From the NCBI GenBank assembly GCA_001916005.1, contig MNRP01000056.1, forward strand, positions 64,182 to 128,181: DNA of 64,000 nt, written 5' to 3'. The notes beneath the pieces are model-generated. The model saw only the letters and a program-made list of their open reading frames with translations. It did no database searches and was not told the DNA's origin. A program made the position numbers and the translations under genes. Shown piece after piece: positions 51,371 through 63,084 of the stretch. The stretch's first letter is position 1. The number at the start of each line of letters is the position of its first letter. Source of the stretch: Clostridium sp. 26_22. Its GTDB lineage: Bacteria > Bacillota > Clostridia > TANB77 > CAG-508.

Positions 51371-52301
51371 TTGTACAACATCAAAACTAACTCGTGTAAC
51401 AGGCAAGAAAATATCAGTTAAATTAAAGTATGGGTATACTATTGACGATTTTATTCGGGATTTTGATTGCACTAAAGAGGAATTTATTAAATTCTTGCAA
51501 AAAAATTTCGAAAAAACTTCTTACAATAGAATATTAGCTGAAGCTGAAAAGAATTATAAAAAGAAAAATTGCAATAAAAAATCTTCTTCATTAATTTCTG
51601 AAAATAGTGTCTATACTGAAAATAAATTAATTACAACTGTTTTTGATGATGTTTTAGTAAAGCAACAATCTGAGACTCAAGATAACGTTTCAGAAGAACA
51701 ACCCTCTGAGACTCAACTTACTAGCTCTTCACTTATTGAAGAAGAAAGATTGCAAAATCTTAAGGATGAAGAAAAAATTCTTAGAGACGGCATTATTTCT
51801 AAAGAAAATGAACACAAAAATTTGATTGCAAAACGAAAACAATTATTCAAGAAACTAGAAACTCAGCGCTCTATGATGTTGCAACTTAGAAAGACAATAG
51901 AGCAAAGAAAAAAAGAAGTAGAAGAAATTTCTGCCGAGTTAATCAGTTTATCTGATGAAATAGTTTCTGTTAATTCCTTCCTTTCTACTAGAAGAACAGA
52001 TTTACTCAATATTCAAAACCAAATTAAAGAACTAGAGAAAATTTCAGTTTTTATCTATGAAAATGGTGAAATTGATACCGATAATTTTCTTATTGATATC
52101 CCAGAAACTTGGAATGATGTTTTTGAAAATATTCTTAGAAACGAAGTTGTAGAGAATTTGTCTATTAAGCAAATTAAGCAAATTGCAAAGCTTATTGTTC
52201 TAACAAGTATTTTGCATGCTAACTCTCTTGAGTATGAGCTGACTTTCGAATCAGAAAACTCTCAAAAAGCATTCTATGAATTAGATAAAGCAATGTCATA
52301 G
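51363..52301 (+). CDS. Coiled-coil protein, 312 aa
   Basis: ATG 51363 after AAGGAGG, overlapping the previous stop (ATGAATGA). Long heptad-like central region. In-frame CGG at 51456. Confidence 0.5.
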   Translation: MNDCTTSKLTRVTGKKISVKLKYGYTIDDFIRDFDCTKEEFIKFLQKNFEKTSYNRILAEAEKNYKKKNCNKKSSSLISENSVYTENKLITTVFDDVLVKQQSETQDNVSEEQPSETQLTSSSLIEEERLQNLKDEEKILRDGIISKENEHKNLIAKRKQLFKKLETQRSMMLQLRKTIEQRKKEVEEISAELISLSDEIVSVNSFLSTRRTDLLNIQNQIKELEKISVFIYENGEIDTDNFLIDIPETWNDVFENILRNEVVENLSIKQIKQIAKLIVLTSILHANSLEYELTFESENSQKAFYELDKAMS

Positions 52302-52381
52302 TTAACGTTTGGGTCATAGGAATATTATATTTCTATGGCCTTTTTCTTGATATTTTATTTATTTTCCTGTATAATATTTTT

Positions 52382-53260
52382 ATGAAAAAGTTAATTGTAA
52401 ATAAAAAATATAATGAGAAAAAATTAAATAAATTTTTATTAGATAATGTGCCAGGTTTAACTTTTGGTATTTTTTCTAATTTACTTAGAAAAAAAGATAT
52501 AAAAATTAATGGAAAAAGAGTTAATAAAGATATTATTATTCATGATGGAGATGAAATTCTAGTTTATATTACAGATGAATTTTTAGAAAATAAACAATCT
52601 TCTATTAATTTAGATATTGTTTTTGAAGATGAAAATATTTTAGTTATTAATAAGCCATCAAATCTTGAAGTAACTGGAACTAATTCTCTAACAGATTTAG
52701 TTCATAAAAAATATAGCACATCTTCTTTTAAGCCAATGCCATGCCATAGAATTGATAGAAATACTACTGGATTAGTTTTATTTGCTAAAAATGAAACTGC
52801 TTTAAATATTCTATTTGATAAATTTAAAAATCATGAAATCGAAAAACATTATCTTGCAATGGTTTATGGTATTCCCAATGTTACCCATAAAAGAGATGTT
52901 GCATATTTATTTAAAGATAATAAAAAATCTCTAGTTTATATTTCTGATGTACCAAAAAAAGGTTATGTTAAAATTGTTACTTCTTTTACTGTTTTGGAAA
53001 AAAGAAATGATAATACTTCTCTTTTAGATGTACAAATTGAAACTGGAAAGACTCATCAAATTAGGGCTCATCTTGCTTTTCTTGGTCTTCCTATTATTGG
53101 TGATGGTAAATATGGTAAAAATGAAATTAATAAAATGTTTGGGAAGAAAACTCAAATGCTTTGTAATTATTTTTTGAAGTTTGATTTTTGCACTGATGCT
53201 GGTATTTTAAATTATTTGAATGGTGTTTGTATTTCTTTAGATAGTAATATTTTATTTTAA
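52382..53260 (+). CDS. RluA-family pseudouridine synthase with S4 domain
   Basis: HRIDRNTTGLVLFAK catalytic Asp motif, GKTHQIRAHL. Confidence 0.85.
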   Translation: MKKLIVNKKYNEKKLNKFLLDNVPGLTFGIFSNLLRKKDIKINGKRVNKDIIIHDGDEILVYITDEFLENKQSSINLDIVFEDENILVINKPSNLEVTGTNSLTDLVHKKYSTSSFKPMPCHRIDRNTTGLVLFAKNETALNILFDKFKNHEIEKHYLAMVYGIPNVTHKRDVAYLFKDNKKSLVYISDVPKKGYVKIVTSFTVLEKRNDNTSLLDVQIETGKTHQIRAHLAFLGLPIIGDGKYGKNEINKMFGKKTQMLCNYFLKFDFCTDAGILNYLNGVCISLDSNILF

Positions 53261-53419
53261 AACCACCCTATTTTATAGGATGGTTTTTGTTTATTATCGT
53301 TATGGAGCGATTACGAAACAGGTATGCGAAAAAATGACATACTTTGATTCAAGCACTCTTATATAACTCGATTTATTGTCTTTACTTTAACATAAATCTA
53401 AAACTTTTTCAATAATATT

Positions 53420-54590
<1,171 letters not shown>

Positions 54591-54608
54591 CTAATCTCCA
54601 TTCTTTAT

Positions 54609-54686
54609 CTATTTATTGATTATGCAATATAGATATTCATATAATAACCCTTGGATTTTTCTTTTATTTTTTAACCATTGGGTCAT
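54609..54686 (-). CDS. Candidate 25 aa leader peptide (MTQWLKNKRKIQGLLYEYLYCIINK)
   Basis: ATG 6 nt after GGAGGTG, directly downstream of the T-box terminator. Three Tyr codons fall within five codons. Confidence 0.3.
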   Translation of the reverse strand: MTQWLKNKRKIQGLLYEYLYCIINK

Positions 54687-54699
54687 AATATCACCTCCA

Positions 54700-54905
54700 A
54701 AATTCAAAAAAGCCAATTCATCCATTTTAAAGGACGAATTGACTCCGTTGTACCACCTTTATTCACAATATTAATAATTTAATATTGCCTCATTTATAGC
54801 TTATTCGTAGCAACACGTTAGTTACTATAAGAATTGTAATTCAGATTTTATATACTGATAATTTCCAGCTACCATTATCTCTCTATAAGTTACTATAAAA
54901 TCTTA
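54700..54905 (-). promoter_or_regulatory. T-box leader, probable Tyr specifier
   Basis: Minus strand has AGAGAG (stem I base) and UAC followed by G about 75 nt downstream (54809..54807). It also has the T-box sequence AAAGGUGGUACAACGG (54760..54745) and a terminator hairpin CAAUUCGUCC/GGAUGAAUUG plus U-run. Confidence 0.8.
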
Positions 54906-54948
54906 CTAAGTTTCTTTTTAAAACATAACTAAATTTAAATACATTTAT

Positions 54949-54977
54949 ATTTTACCATTTTCTTTTAAAAAAATCAA
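54949..54977 (-). promoter_or_regulatory. Promoter of the T-box/tyrS2 unit
   Basis: TTGATT, 17 nt spacer, TAAAAT, with TG at -15/-14. Confidence 0.5.
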
Positions 54978-55008
54978 CAACTATTTTCGATAAAAAGCGT
55001 GTATTTCC

Positions 55009-55854
55009 TCATTTATTTTGTTTTTTTAAGCTTTTATTATTTTCTTTTTCTAATTGTTTTAAGCTTTTCTTAGGTGTTGGTAAATCTTCTGGCATAGTTC
55101 CACCAAGTTCTTTTATTGTTTTTCTTACTTTTGCACCTACATTATAATGAGTTTTATTTGCTTCTTTTTCAGTTTGAATATTATCTCTTACTAATTTTTC
55201 TTCTGTTTGAGATATTCTAAACAAATTTGCAATTAATTCAGTACTTCCCATATTATCTAAAATATCTTCTCTATATCTTAATCCCTTTCTTTTGGCAATA
55301 TCGTCAGCTGTTTCACCATTATATAGACCTTTGTAACCAGCATTATGAAATTTGTCAAAATTCTTAACTCCTGCTTTCTTTGCAGTTTGGTTTAATGAAT
55401 AATTTCCTTTTCTGGTTAGATTTCTTTGATAAAATCTTTTTTCATCTTCTGTTAGCATACTATATTCTTTTTCAGTAATTTCTTGTTTTCTTGTTTGAAT
55501 TGCAAAATAAGTTTGAGCAAGAGCAATTACTTTTTTTCTACTATCTCCATTTTGTGCTATTAAATAACACGCATATCTTGTTAATTTATAATCTTGTTGC
55601 TTTCTTTTAGCTCCTGATCCTATTTGAACCATTTTACTGACGTCAATAAAATGGTCTAATACATTAACATCACTATTTTCACAAGATATTTTTGCTTTAT
55701 CAATTATCTTTTCAAAATTTTGCCAATTTGAATATTGTAGAATAGGCATAAGTTCTCTAGCATACCAAAATTCAACATTATTTTCATCAATATGCTTAAT
55801 ATCTTCAAATGATTTATTATTTTTATCTATTTCTTTCAATAGTATCAGCTCCAT
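55009..55854 (-). CDS. dinD: DNA damage-inducible protein D
   Basis: FWYARELMPILQYSNWQNFEKIIDKAK ... YKLTRYACYLIAQNGD pattern typical of DinD. Confidence 0.8.
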   Translation of the reverse strand: MELILLKEIDKNNKSFEDIKHIDENNVEFWYARELMPILQYSNWQNFEKIIDKAKISCENSDVNVLDHFIDVSKMVQIGSGAKRKQQDYKLTRYACYLIAQNGDSRKKVIALAQTYFAIQTRKQEITEKEYSMLTEDEKRFYQRNLTRKGNYSLNQTAKKAGVKNFDKFHNAGYKGLYNGETADDIAKRKGLRYREDILDNMGSTELIANLFRISQTEEKLVRDNIQTEKEANKTHYNVGAKVRKTIKELGGTMPEDLPTPKKSLKQLEKENNKSLKKQNK

Positions 55855-55931
55855 TTCTTAATATTATATTTTGTCACTATTATAAAACAGTTGTTTGTGT
55901 TTGTCAATTAGTTTTTAATATTTTTTTGAAT

Positions 55932-56234
55932 TTATATGCTATTATACAAATACATTGCAACTTGATTTTGCTCCGCATTGTTCATTTCCATTATTTTTGC
56001 CATAGTAAATAAGATAGTAGGATATTTTCTAATATTTATATAACTTACTAAATATTCATTATCAATTTCTTTTAATCTTTTATCAAATACACTATGTATA
56101 TGTGCTTTATTGTATTTTAGATTAGTATAAGCACTTGAACTCATACAAACACCTAATCTCAATTTATTTTTCAAATCCATATTTTTAATTAGATCTATTA
56201 CATTTTTTACTTTATCATCTATAATATTATACAT
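55932..56234 (-). CDS. Hypothetical protein, 100 aa
   Basis: ORF with RBS AAGGAGA, immediately downstream of mob. Confidence 0.4.
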   Translation of the reverse strand: MYNIIDDKVKNVIDLIKNMDLKNKLRLGVCMSSSAYTNLKYNKAHIHSVFDKRLKEIDNEYLVSYINIRKYPTILFTMAKIMEMNNAEQNQVAMYLYNSI

Positions 56235-56249
56235 AATCCAAATTCTCCT

Positions 56250-57638
56250 TTAATTCAAATTAAAATCATTTTTCTTTTTTAGTCTGTTATTCTTATTCTC
56301 ATCTGGTATAGTTACTTTTCTTAAAATGTTATTTGCAATTTCATTATCATTATCATCAAATATGCCATTTTTATATAAATCATCACTAACAATTTTATAA
56401 TTTTGGTCATTATCATAAGTTATCTTTTTGTGGAAGTGGCTCATTAGATTATGCCAAAACCCTTTAAATTTCTGTAATTGTGCTTTCATACTTTCCTTTT
56501 CTTCTCGTAATTTAATAATTATCTTTTCTTTTGCTGATAAATCTTCTTTTAATCCTTTAATATCTTCATCTTTAAGCTCTATTTGATATTTTAGAGATTT
56601 ATTTTCTTTTTCTATTTCAAAAGTAGCATGTTCAAATTCCTTAATCGATAAATTTAAGTCATTTACACTTCTAACTGTCTTTGTAACATCTGTTACGTCT
56701 TTAATATAATTTTTGATATTTTCTATATTCTCGTTTGAAATTTGGCTATTATTTTTACTAAATGGCATTGGCTTTAAATTATCTAATAGTTTGACTATAT
56801 CTTTACTTGAATTATCAATCTTTTTAGTTTGTTTATTGGCATTTTCAAGCTTTTTACGTTCTTGTTCCAATTTTCTTTTAATTTCTCTATAATTACCCAT
56901 GTCTTTAACATTTATGTCTTGATTTCTGCCTTTTTGCTTTGTTTTAAGCCTACTATCAACATCATAGAACTTATTATATGATTTAATACAAGCATTTCTC
57001 ATTTTATCCTGTATTTCAGAAAGTATTGTTTTAGTAAATAGTTGTGATTTTCCAACTTGTTTTTTCATACCTCTTTTACAATTATCTATTACTGGAATAC
57101 CTACAATATGCATATGTGGAGATGTTTCATCGAAATGTATTGTAGCATTTGCTATTTTAAAAGTAGGGAGTATTTTAGCCAAATCTTGTATTTGCTCATT
57201 ATATACATCAGTCATTTTATATCTATACTCATTATCTTTATCTTCCCAAAAGTCCAAATCTCCAAGTTCTATAATAATTTCACAGGCAATATCATTTTGA
57301 GAATTACATACTTTTTGAAAATAGTTATCTATTTTTCTATCTTTCCTAGTTTGCTTATTATTAAACTCAATTCTAGCTTGTTCAAATTCATCTAAATATA
57401 CTTGTTTAACATCTTCTACAATATCATTAGTTCCATATATAGTAGTAATAAGTTCTTTTTGATTATCATAATCTCGTAAATTGTGCTTATTTATTCTTGA
57501 TAAATCGTTTGCATTTTGGATAGCATTATTTGATAGAGAAGTAGAACCTGATACATTTCCTTTTGAAACTTTTTTTGCTACTTTACTTTTGTTTTTATCA
57601 CTACCCAAGTGAAAAGAATAGGCTAATTCTTGTTCCAT
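56250..57638 (-). CDS. MobV family (Mob/Pre) relaxase
   Basis: HNLRD (HxxR) motif and IHFDETSPHMHIVGIPV (HxDExxPHxH). Coiled-coil C-terminus. Confidence 0.85.
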   Translation of the reverse strand: MEQELAYSFHLGSDKNKSKVAKKVSKGNVSGSTSLSNNAIQNANDLSRINKHNLRDYDNQKELITTIYGTNDIVEDVKQVYLDEFEQARIEFNNKQTRKDRKIDNYFQKVCNSQNDIACEIIIELGDLDFWEDKDNEYRYKMTDVYNEQIQDLAKILPTFKIANATIHFDETSPHMHIVGIPVIDNCKRGMKKQVGKSQLFTKTILSEIQDKMRNACIKSYNKFYDVDSRLKTKQKGRNQDINVKDMGNYREIKRKLEQERKKLENANKQTKKIDNSSKDIVKLLDNLKPMPFSKNNSQISNENIENIKNYIKDVTDVTKTVRSVNDLNLSIKEFEHATFEIEKENKSLKYQIELKDEDIKGLKEDLSAKEKIIIKLREEKESMKAQLQKFKGFWHNLMSHFHKKITYDNDQNYKIVSDDLYKNGIFDDNDNEIANNILRKVTIPDENKNNRLKKKNDFNLN

Positions 57639-57659
57639 CTTTTTCCTCCTTTAGAATTT

Positions 57660-57830
57660 GCTTCGAAGCACAGGACTTTGACCTTGTCATAAGTCCTAAC
57701 CCCCTATGAGTTATGACGTGCCATCATAACTCGGGGGCTCTGCGAGGCAAAAATTTTATCTTAGCAGATAAAATTTATCCAAATTACCGCACACAAAATT
57801 TATATTGCTAACGAAAATATAAATTTGTAT
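57660..57830 (-). other. Putative oriT region
   Basis: Locally GC-rich segment directly upstream of mob with four inverted repeats: 57672-57697, 57700-57737 (CCCCC..GAGTTATGA/TCATAACTC..GGGGG), 57750-57776 and 57793-57828. Confidence 0.35.
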
Positions 57831-57883
57831 TCGCTAATTTGATTGTTGCAACATAGCCTATATAAGAGTAATAGTTGCAACAA

Positions 57884-59748
<1,865 letters not shown>

Positions 59749-59858
59749 TACAACCTCCTAAAAAACAAACAAAGTGCTAGTATAATAACTAACACTTTAA
59801 ACTTACTTTATTATTTACTTGTCATATAACTTGCTGAAAATAAAGAAAACTTCTAGTA

Positions 59859-60131
59859 TTAGTTACCATTAATAAAATCTCTTAATTTTGAGAGTGGGTA
59901 TTTATTTGCTAAATTACCTATGTAAAAATATTCGTGCTCATTAAAGAATAAATACAGCTTATTCTTAATAACAGCAGTATGTGGTTCTACATAAGCAAGA
60001 TTAGTTTTTTCTACCATTCTCAAATTCCCATTCTTTATCTTTGGTTCACAATTACTAAAAGTGCAAGCCCATTCAATCTTAGAATGTAATTCTTTACTTA
60101 TTGCTATTTCTCTTTTAACTGTAGATATCAT
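59859..60131 (-). CDS. Hypothetical protein, 90 aa
   Basis: ATG 60131 after AAGGAGG; directly upstream of the recombinase. Confidence 0.4.
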   Translation of the reverse strand: MISTVKREIAISKELHSKIEWACTFSNCEPKIKNGNLRMVEKTNLAYVEPHTAVIKNKLYLFFNEHEYFYIGNLANKYPLSKLRDFINGN

Positions 60132-60204
60132 ATCACAAAAACCTCCTTCTTTCAATACTTTGAGGCTATTTCTTACTTTTATTACCAATTTTTATGGATA
60201 AAAA

Positions 60205-60234
60205 CAAAAAAATAAGCCGACTAAATCGACTTAT
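60205..60234 (-). terminator. Rho-independent terminator at the right inner edge of the element
   Basis: Minus strand ATAAGTCGA-TTTAG-TCGGCTTAT stem followed by T7. Confidence 0.5.
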
Positions 60235-60441
60235 ATATTGTGAAATGATATTCACTTTGTTTTCTTCAAACTCTGTTATATCAATATGTATAACTGGTTC
60301 GACGAAAACGCATTATGGAGCGGGTAGTCGGTAATGACTACACACTTTCATTTGTTTTTTCTGTTGGTACACTTATAATATATCGAATTCAAATCTTTGT
60401 CAATATGCCTTTTAATGTAATTTTAATGTAATTTATTTATT

Positions 60442-60585
60442 TTAATTTTTACAAGAAAATCCTTCTTTCACTCCATTCTTATAAATCTTGTATGTATAGT
60501 TTTTAAAAAAATGTAGTAATATTCTATCTTTTAAGGTTAGGTTCTGTTTCAGCTCTTGTAATATAAAATTTCTTTCATTTCTCAT
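60442..60585 (-). CDS. Small phage-region ORF, 47 aa
   Basis: ATG 9 nt after AGGAGG; translates MRNERNFILQELKQNLTLKDRILLHFF... Confidence 0.3.
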   Translation of the reverse strand: MRNERNFILQELKQNLTLKDRILLHFFKNYTYKIYKNGVKEGFSCKN

Positions 60586-60728
60586 TGTATAATACCTCCT
60601 ATATAATTTTCTTGCCTACATATATTTTACCATATTATGTAATCAAAAATAACTATACGCAAGGTTAGGCATTATCTTCTATTTCTCTTGATATAACTAT
60701 AATACATAATTCGACATTATTCGACTTT

Positions 60729-60896
60729 TTATTTTATATCTTGTATCAATTTATCCATATAATCACTTACTGGATCTACTTCTTTATCGATTTCTCTTCT
60801 TTTAGTCTTAATATATTCAGAAGCCTCAAAATATTCTTCTCTTTCCAAAAAGTTATTTATTTCATTTAAAATATTAAGCACATCCGCATTTTTCAT
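60729..60896 (-). CDS. Small phage-region ORF, 55 aa
   Basis: ATG after GGAGATG; translates MKNADVLNILNEINNFLEREEYFEASEYIK... Confidence 0.3.
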   Translation of the reverse strand: MKNADVLNILNEINNFLEREEYFEASEYIKTKRREIDKEVDPVSDYMDKLIQDIK

Positions 60897-61043
60897 AATA
60901 TATCATCTCCTATTTAGTATAAATATATTATAACATAAATGTCTATATTGTAATATAGTTATTCGCATTTTAAGTCAATTTGCGGATAGTTATTTTTTTT
61001 ATTGCTTTCTTATAAAATAGTTATATTGTAAGGAGGTGATAAC

Positions 61044-61262
61044 ATGATTCAAGTAAATGTTAAAGAATTATTAAAAAAACAAAAAAGAAGTAAATATTGG
61101 TTTGTAAAAAATATGGAAGGTGGTTATCAAGCTCTCACTAGACTTATGGAAAATCAAACAAGCAGTATTCGCTTTGATACTTTGGAAAAAATGTGTGATC
61201 TTTTTGATTGTGAAATTGGTGATATTATAGTTAGAAAGAAAGGGAAAAAAAAGCATGAGTAA
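61044..61262 (+). CDS. XRE/Cro-type HTH transcriptional regulator
   Basis: 72 aa. SKYWFVKNMEGGYQALTRLMENQTSSIRFDTLEKMCDLFDCEIGDII matches the short XRE family. RBS AAGGAGG. Confidence 0.75.
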   Translation: MIQVNVKELLKKQKRSKYWFVKNMEGGYQALTRLMENQTSSIRFDTLEKMCDLFDCEIGDIIVRKKGKKKHE

Positions 61263-61638
61263 GCTACTAATTCAATATGAAGAACTAAAGAAAAAAAATT
61301 CTAAAAAAATTTATATATTTAAAGTTGGTATTTTTTATAATATATTAAATGAAGATGCAAGGTTGGTTTCAAAAGAAATCGGCTTAAAATTAACCGATTT
61401 GAGCCCTGAACTAATAAAATGTGGATTTCCTCTTTCTGCCCTTGAGAAATACACAAATTTATTATCAGAACATCATATCGAGTTTGAAGTTGTATCTAAT
61501 CCTGCATCTTCTCCTCAAAATACTTCTTATGATAATATTATTAAAGAAATTCAAGGTCTGGACTTAAATAATACTACTTGCAAGGAAGCATTTGATATAT
61601 TATATAATATACAACAAAAAATAAAAAATATTCAATAG
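61255..61638 (+). CDS. Stand-alone MutS domain-I-like protein, 127 aa
   Basis: Aligns by eye to the MutS N-terminus: QYEELKKK...IYIFKVGIFYNILNEDARLVSKEIGLKLTD...IKCGFPLSALEKYTNLL versus QQYLRLK...[31 protein letters not shown]...PMAGIPYHAVENYLAKL. Start overlaps the XRE stop (ATGAGTAA). Confidence 0.5.
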   Translation: MSKLLIQYEELKKKNSKKIYIFKVGIFYNILNEDARLVSKEIGLKLTDLSPELIKCGFPLSALEKYTNLLSEHHIEFEVVSNPASSPQNTSYDNIIKEIQGLDLNNTTCKEAFDILYNIQQKIKNIQ

Positions 61639-61657
61639 AGGAGTTTTCTCCTCTATA

Positions 61658-62644
61658 TTATTTCAATTTTCTATTAACGATTGTTTGTATTGCATTATAA
61701 TCATATCCTGCTGCTTGAAGTCTTGATTTTCTTTCTGTACCATTTCCCCATTTACCTTGTATAACTTCATTTGCAATAACTTCATTTGATTTCTTATTTG
61801 ATGTTGTAGTTTTTGCACCTAGAATTTCATTAACTCTATTTTGAATTGCATTTCCATCGTATCCAGCTGCAGCTAATTTATTAAATCTGTCTTGTCCATT
61901 ACCCCATTTGCCTGCAATAACTTCTTTTGCGACTTCATCTACGGATTTTAAATTTGGTTTTGAGTTTGTCGAATTACCACTTAGTTTTGCATTTACTATA
62001 CTTTGAATTGTACTAAAATCATAACCAGCATTTGTTAAAGCTGTTTTTCTATCTGCACCATTACCCCATTTACCAGCTATTACCTCATTAGCAATTTCTT
62101 CATTTGATTTTTTACTTGTGTTTTCTGTTGTAGAAGATTCTTGTCCATTTATTTTATTTGCTTGTTCTGCAATATAATCCATTTTAGATAATAGATAATC
62201 ACCAGGACAAGTTGTCGCAGCATACATTCTATGCCATACTAAATTTTGACCTTTTACAAGTTTGCCTAAATTATTTCTTTTTGCAATATCTGCAACTAAT
62301 TCTATAAGTTTATTTAAAACAGCATCAGAAACAGGATAATCTCCTCCTAATGAACTATTTGATGTTTCAATAGTTACTGATTTACAGTTAGAGTCCCAAT
62401 TCGAATTGCAATATGATGTATTTGCTTCATCTACATATAAACCTACTTCTGCATCTTTTCCTATACCATAGTTACTAGAAGCTTTTCTACTTCCATTTTG
62501 GAATATTCCACCACATTGTTTTGCAGTTAATATTCCTGCCATGTGATGAATTGCTATTTTTTCAATTTTTCTTCCGCTTCTTCCAATAGTATAATTGTTA
62601 GAATGTGCAGGTACTTTTACATTTACTAAACTTGAATTACTCAT
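61658..62644 (-). CDS. Phage endolysin: N-acetylmuramoyl-L-alanine amidase (Amidase_2/PGRP) with three CW_7-like repeats
   Basis: IAIHHMAG...ASSNYGIG...TIETSN amidase_2 pattern, then three GKWGNG..R...L..AGYD...IQ..VN repeats. Confidence 0.9.
   Translation of the reverse strand: MSNSSLVNVKVPAHSNNYTIGRSGRKIEKIAIHHMAGILTAKQCGGIFQNGSRKASSNYGIGKDAEVGLYVDEANTSYCNSNWDSNCKSVTIETSNSSLGGDYPVSDAVLNKLIELVADIAKRNNLGKLVKGQNLVWHRMYAATTCPGDYLLSKMDYIAEQANKINGQESSTTENTSKKSNEEIANEVIAGKWGNGADRKTALTNAGYDFSTIQSIVNAKLSGNSTNSKPNLKSVDEVAKEVIAGKWGNGQDRFNKLAAAGYDGNAIQNRVNEILGAKTTTSNKKSNEVIANEVIQGKWGNGTERKSRLQAAGYDYNAIQTIVNRKLK
61661..62104 (-). repeat. Three tandem coding repeats of about 45 codons (CW_7-like cell-wall binding)
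   Basis: EVIAGKWGNGADRKTALTNAGYDFSTIQSIVNAKL / EVIAGKWGNGQDRFNKLAAAGYDGNAIQNRVNEIL / EVIQGKWGNGTERKSRLQAAGYDYNAIQTIVNRKL. Confidence 0.75.
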
Positions 62645-62813
62645 TATTCTTCCTCTCCTTTCCCATTTGTGAATTCTATTTCCATTTCCTCTGTCATAAC
62701 TACTTCTTCTTTTTCATCCATAACGATGACCTCCTTATAAAAAATAATACTGGAAGTTTTTTTATTTTTCTTCCAGTATTTAAAAATCACAAGAATAAAT
62801 TTCTTGTATTAAA

Positions 62814-63068
62814 TTATTGATTTTTTGCATCATAAGCCACAACTGCAGTTCCTACTCCACCTACGGCAGTTATTACTGCTGTTATTACATCATTAACGCC
62901 TAAATTTTCTATATGTATTAAGCAACCTACTATTGATGCAATTGCAATTATGATTATATTTTGAACTGTTATAGGTAAATCATAATTCCATCCAAAGTGT
63001 TTTGACACTTTTCCTGCAATATAAGTAAATAATGTTGTTATAACATATACTAAAAATTGTACTGTCAT
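62814..63068 (-). CDS. Phage holin
   Basis: 84 aa, 2-3 TM helices, charged C-terminus, located between the XhlA-like gene and the endolysin. Confidence 0.7.
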   Translation of the reverse strand: MTVQFLVYVITTLFTYIAGKVSKHFGWNYDLPITVQNIIIIAIASIVGCLIHIENLGVNDVITAVITAVGGVGTAVVAYDAKNQ

Positions 63069-63084
63069 ATTACTTCCCTCCTTC

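Noticed and set aside
53285-53345. Attempt to define the exact crossover dinucleotide and symmetric attB/attP arms around the TTATGGAGCG repeats (also 60290..60350).
   Set aside because: The imperfect inverted arms I could draw for the reconstructed attP and attB place the symmetry centre at different positions within the core. The precise crossover cannot be supported by eye, so only the 10 nt repeat itself is reported.
60410-60431. Tandem duplication TTTTAATGTAA x2 near the element/prophage junction.
   Set aside because: It is a very AT-rich 11-mer in AT-rich intergenic DNA, so chance or slippage is a sufficient explanation. There is no associated palindrome or gene start.
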